Source: Candidatus Poribacteria bacterium
Lineage (GTDB): Bacteria; Poribacteria; WGA-4E; PCPOR2b
DNA: 64,000 nucleotides
Assembly (NCBI GenBank): GCA_965208675.1
Contig: OZ242351.1
Coordinates: 1,952,001-2,016,000 of the forward strand
Direction of reading: 5' to 3'
A program made the translations under genes and the position numbers. This document shows, one piece after another, positions 61,145 to 64,000 of the stretch. Each line of letters opens with the position of its first letter. The stretch's first letter is position 1. The notes under the pieces were generated by a model. The model was not told the origin of the DNA, did not search any database, and was given only the letters and a program-made list of their open reading frames with translations.

Positions 61145-61633
61145 GTGATGATTGACGAGAGTTGGTACGAGCGTCCGCCCGGCGTTCCGGATCGGACGTC
61201 TGCAGGCGGTGTCGTTGCACGGATTGAAGATGGGCAGATTTATGTCGCGCTTGTCGGCGAGGTCGGGCTTTCGGATCGGGTTTTGCCGAAGGGCGGCGTG
61301 GAGTCCGGCGAGAGTCTGGAAGCTGCGGCACGCCGGGAAATCGAAGAAGAGGCAGGCTTATCATCGCTGGAACTGATTGGAAAAGTCGGCACACGCGAAC
61401 GCCTGTCGTATGACAGAGTTTGGTGGATTACGGCGCACTATTTCCTGTTTGCCACGGAGCAGGCGGCAGGTATTCCAACGGATGTTGACCACCACTACGA
61501 GCTGGCATGGTGTCCGATCGATAGACTGCCGGCGATTTTCTGGCCTGAACAGCGCGAACTGATAGAAACAAACCGTGACAGGATTGTTGGGCTTGTGGAG
61601 CGGCATCCCTTCACGGTGCGGCGAGAATCGTGA
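61145..61633 (+). CDS. NUDIX hydrolase
   Basis: LPKGGVESGESLEAAARREIEEEAG Nudix box. Confidence 0.9.
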   Translation: MMIDESWYERPPGVPDRTSAGGVVARIEDGQIYVALVGEVGLSDRVLPKGGVESGESLEAAARREIEEEAGLSSLELIGKVGTRERLSYDRVWWITAHYFLFATEQAAGIPTDVDHHYELAWCPIDRLPAIFWPEQRELIETNRDRIVGLVERHPFTVRRES

Positions 61634-61688
61634 TTGTTTCGCAATCCGTCCGAAAACTAAGACGTGAGGACAAAGGAAGGTATAGACT

Positions 61689-63119
61689 ATGAACAGCCAG
61701 AGACCTAGACCCGCAACGTTTCGATTCAAGAATATTGGCCCGGTAGAGGACGCGGCGGTGGAACTCGGCGATCTCACAATCATCGCTGGGCGCAATAACA
61801 CTGGAAAGACATACTTAGTTTACACGCTTTACGGATTCTTGAAAATGTGGACGAACTGGCTTCACCGTGAAGATCTCCTAGCAGACGGACGGAAATTTGA
61901 TGCCAAATTTCCCGACATGCGGCATATCAGCGATCAAGTAAGTCGAGAAGGGCGTGCAAGTTTTCCCTTGGAAGAAAAGCAGTTCTTGCGACAGCAAGAG
62001 ATGCTGGTTCAAAGTCTTGCCCGTAGCTTCTCTAAGCGTGCTATGCGCGTTGTATTCAATTCTCAAAAAAGCGATTTTGAAGGATTCTCTATTGATGTCA
62101 ATTTCAATGAAGAGTCTACGAGCACAATGCACTCTGTCAAGGTGGATTTCCGGGAAAGGGCATCGCTTTCCATTAAATACGACGGAAGCCATGTTCTAAT
62201 AAATACTGACGAGGTAAAAAAACAAGACCGCATTTCAGATTTCCAATCCTACATCAGCCATGCCTATGGTCTTCTCCTGCTTCAAGATCAACTTCCTGAA
62301 CCGTTCATTCTGTCTGCAGAGCGCTTTGGCATTTCACTCTTCTACCGCGAACTCGACTTTACCAAGAATCAGTTGGTAGATTTGTTACAGAAGTGGGACG
62401 AGGGCAAGAGTAGAAATAGATTGTCGCCCTTTTTTCTCATAGAGAAGTCCACCAGTCGTTACGCGCTCCCGATTAAGGATAACATTGATTACACCAGAGA
62501 CATTCCGAATCTTCAAAGGAGAAAAAGCGAAATTCTTGAAAGTAAGCTGTTTGACGACATTAAAGACATGATGGACGGCTACTACAGTAGTTCGGGCGAT
62601 GACATTCGTTTCATTTCCAAGGCGCGCGGGAAAGGACGCAGTTTTAACATACCGCTGCATCTGGCTTCTTCTTCGGCGCGCGGACTGTCCGATCTCTATT
62701 TCTTCTTACGACATGCGGCGAAGACTAACCATCTCCTAATCGTTGACGAACCAGAGAGTCACCTTGGTACGTCCAACCAGATACTCTTGGCGCGATTACT
62801 GGCGCGGTGCGTGCGGGCTGGATTAAAGGTTTTGATAACCACGCACAGCGATTACCTCATCAAAGAGATTAACAACCTCGTAATGCTAAGTAGACCATTC
62901 GAGAACAAAGAGGCTGTCGTGAAGAAACTCAAATACAGCCCTGAAGACTTCCTCAACCCGGATTCTATCCGTGCTTACGTAGCGCAAGACAACAGCCTAA
63001 TCCGATGCGAGGTGGACAAATTCGGCATTGACATGCCGGTCTTCGACGAAACCATCGACAGGATTAACAGGGTCGCAAACGATTTAGCATCGCGAATGTC
63101 AGATGAGTCGGAGGCGTAA
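61689..63119 (+). CDS. ABC-superfamily (AAA_15/AAA_21-type) ATPase
   Basis: KNIGPV, GRNNTGKT, LASSSARG signature, LIVDEPESHL, ITTHSDY; no TM. Confidence 0.9.
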   Translation: MNSQRPRPATFRFKNIGPVEDAAVELGDLTIIAGRNNTGKTYLVYTLYGFLKMWTNWLHREDLLADGRKFDAKFPDMRHISDQVSREGRASFPLEEKQFLRQQEMLVQSLARSFSKRAMRVVFNSQKSDFEGFSIDVNFNEESTSTMHSVKVDFRERASLSIKYDGSHVLINTDEVKKQDRISDFQSYISHAYGLLLLQDQLPEPFILSAERFGISLFYRELDFTKNQLVDLLQKWDEGKSRNRLSPFFLIEKSTSRYALPIKDNIDYTRDIPNLQRRKSEILESKLFDDIKDMMDGYYSSSGDDIRFISKARGKGRSFNIPLHLASSSARGLSDLYFFLRHAAKTNHLLIVDEPESHLGTSNQILLARLLARCVRAGLKVLITTHSDYLIKEINNLVMLSRPFENKEAVVKKLKYSPEDFLNPDSIRAYVAQDNSLIRCEVDKFGIDMPVFDETIDRINRVANDLASRMSDESEA

Positions 63120-63663
63120 AGTCGTGTTGGCAACACATCTGAAAAATATGCTGGCGGATAAGGCTCTGGTGTCACCGAGAAAGGATGGAAGCACGGTTTT
63201 ACGAGAAAAGAACGTGATGGAACTCGAAGTCGCCGATATTCCTTCCGACATCACCATAATAAATATGCGGCGCATTGGCAGTTTATCGGGGGTGAAAGAG
63301 GGCGAATGGAAGCAAGTTTGTGATTATCTCTTTCTTTTTGAGGAGGAAGGCGAGGATTACGCGGTATTCGTTGAATTGAAGAAGACTTTAAATGAAGAAA
63401 ACGAGAAGGGTATGGAACAGCTACGGCGATCGTTCCCGTTCTTGGAATACCTCCGTTCGGTATGTGAAATACATCATAGCGCCGAGTCTGCCAAACTGAG
63501 AATAATTGTGCGCTATTCACTTGTCGGCAATCAGATTAGTCAAAGGCTCGATAAACAACACGTCAAGGCAGGTTTTCGGGTGCCGTCGAAGAATCACAAA
63601 GGCATATCGGTAGACATGTTGTTTGGAGAAAGAATTCGTTTTCGCAGTCTGATAGGCGCTTGA
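63103..63663 (+). CDS. Putative PD-(D/E)xK nuclease partner of the ATPase
   Basis: CDYLFL...FVELKK...GMEQL; overlaps the ATPase stop. Confidence 0.7.
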   Translation: MSRRRKVVLATHLKNMLADKALVSPRKDGSTVLREKNVMELEVADIPSDITIINMRRIGSLSGVKEGEWKQVCDYLFLFEEEGEDYAVFVELKKTLNEENEKGMEQLRRSFPFLEYLRSVCEIHHSAESAKLRIIVRYSLVGNQISQRLDKQHVKAGFRVPSKNHKGISVDMLFGERIRFRSLIGA

Positions 63664-63754
63664 CTTCTAAAGACCGCCGCTCATGCGATCAACTGCGTGG
63701 TTAACCAATGCGGTAGAGATTCTCAGGTGTATAGAATCGTGATGCACCACATAC

Positions 63755-63925
63755 CTAAGCGCCAGCGGCGCGACAGGTGTATAGCAACATCAAACCTCTC
63801 TAAACCAAAGCCCCAGCGGGGCGACACATATTTTGCCGTGGGAGAGGCTTCCCAACCTCGATAATCGGGAGAAAAATCTCCCTCCCACAACATTGACCCA
63901 CGCGATTTTTCGGACTTACGGACTA
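63755..63925. repeat. Cluster of REP-like palindromes (AGCCCCAGCGGGGCGAC; GTGGGAGAGGCTTCC...CCCTCCCACA)
   Basis: Shared with sequences near 42189, 48012, 61043 and the MITE interiors. Confidence 0.7.
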
Positions 63926-64000
63926 CACCTTAATCCCTTCTAAATTCCCACGCCGCGCACCTACCCGAAACAACCTATATAACATGTGATATATTTCAAC

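Noticed and set aside
51549-61633. Integron cassette array
   Set aside because: No integrase and no consistent attC (RYYYAAC...GTTRRRY) between genes; several genes overlap
324-63520. Numerous overlapping antisense or alternate-frame ORFs in the track (e.g. 1290-2072, 31292-32116, 49727-50473)
   Set aside because: They shadow well-supported genes and lack motifs or RBSs
51344-64000. tRNA-Asn-integrated prophage or ICE
   Set aside because: No integrase and no duplicated tRNA 3' end seen within the window

Overview
Bacterial chromosomal window (diderm; the intergenic repeat style and gene content suggest a Poribacteria/PVC-like lineage, which is inference only). 0.2-17.2 kb holds two minus-strand metal-homeostasis operons. 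One is CzcCBA-type RND efflux with an unusually elongated adaptor. The other is a His-rich lipoprotein/MerC/ABC/DUF3299 (Zrg/PA4063-66-like) cluster. Each is headed by a small membrane-anchored His/CxxC leader ORF, one ending in the ribosome-arrest motif RAPP. A low-GC insert separates them (decayed IS1595, small orphans, MTase+HNH, HEPN-like gene). 17-51 kb is mostly core or metabolic: Tat-exported PaoABC-like molybdoenzyme, LarA, a sigma-54 activator with a pseudo-receiver, RluD, IscS, ThrS, SpeE, beta-RFAP synthase, MoxR-DUF58-VWA, RfbB, MutL, tRNA-Asn, plus many REP-like palindromes and MITEs. 51.5-61.6 kb is a co-oriented array of about 16 small VOC/SRPBCC/GyrI/AlkD/DUF1801/DUF899/YciI genes that may be a toxin or genotoxin resistance island. 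It is followed by an ABC-type ATPase + PD-(D/E)xK pair that looks like a defence module. Several frameshifts, nonsense codons and relics of gene ends are visible. No database searches were run; family calls come from motif recognition.
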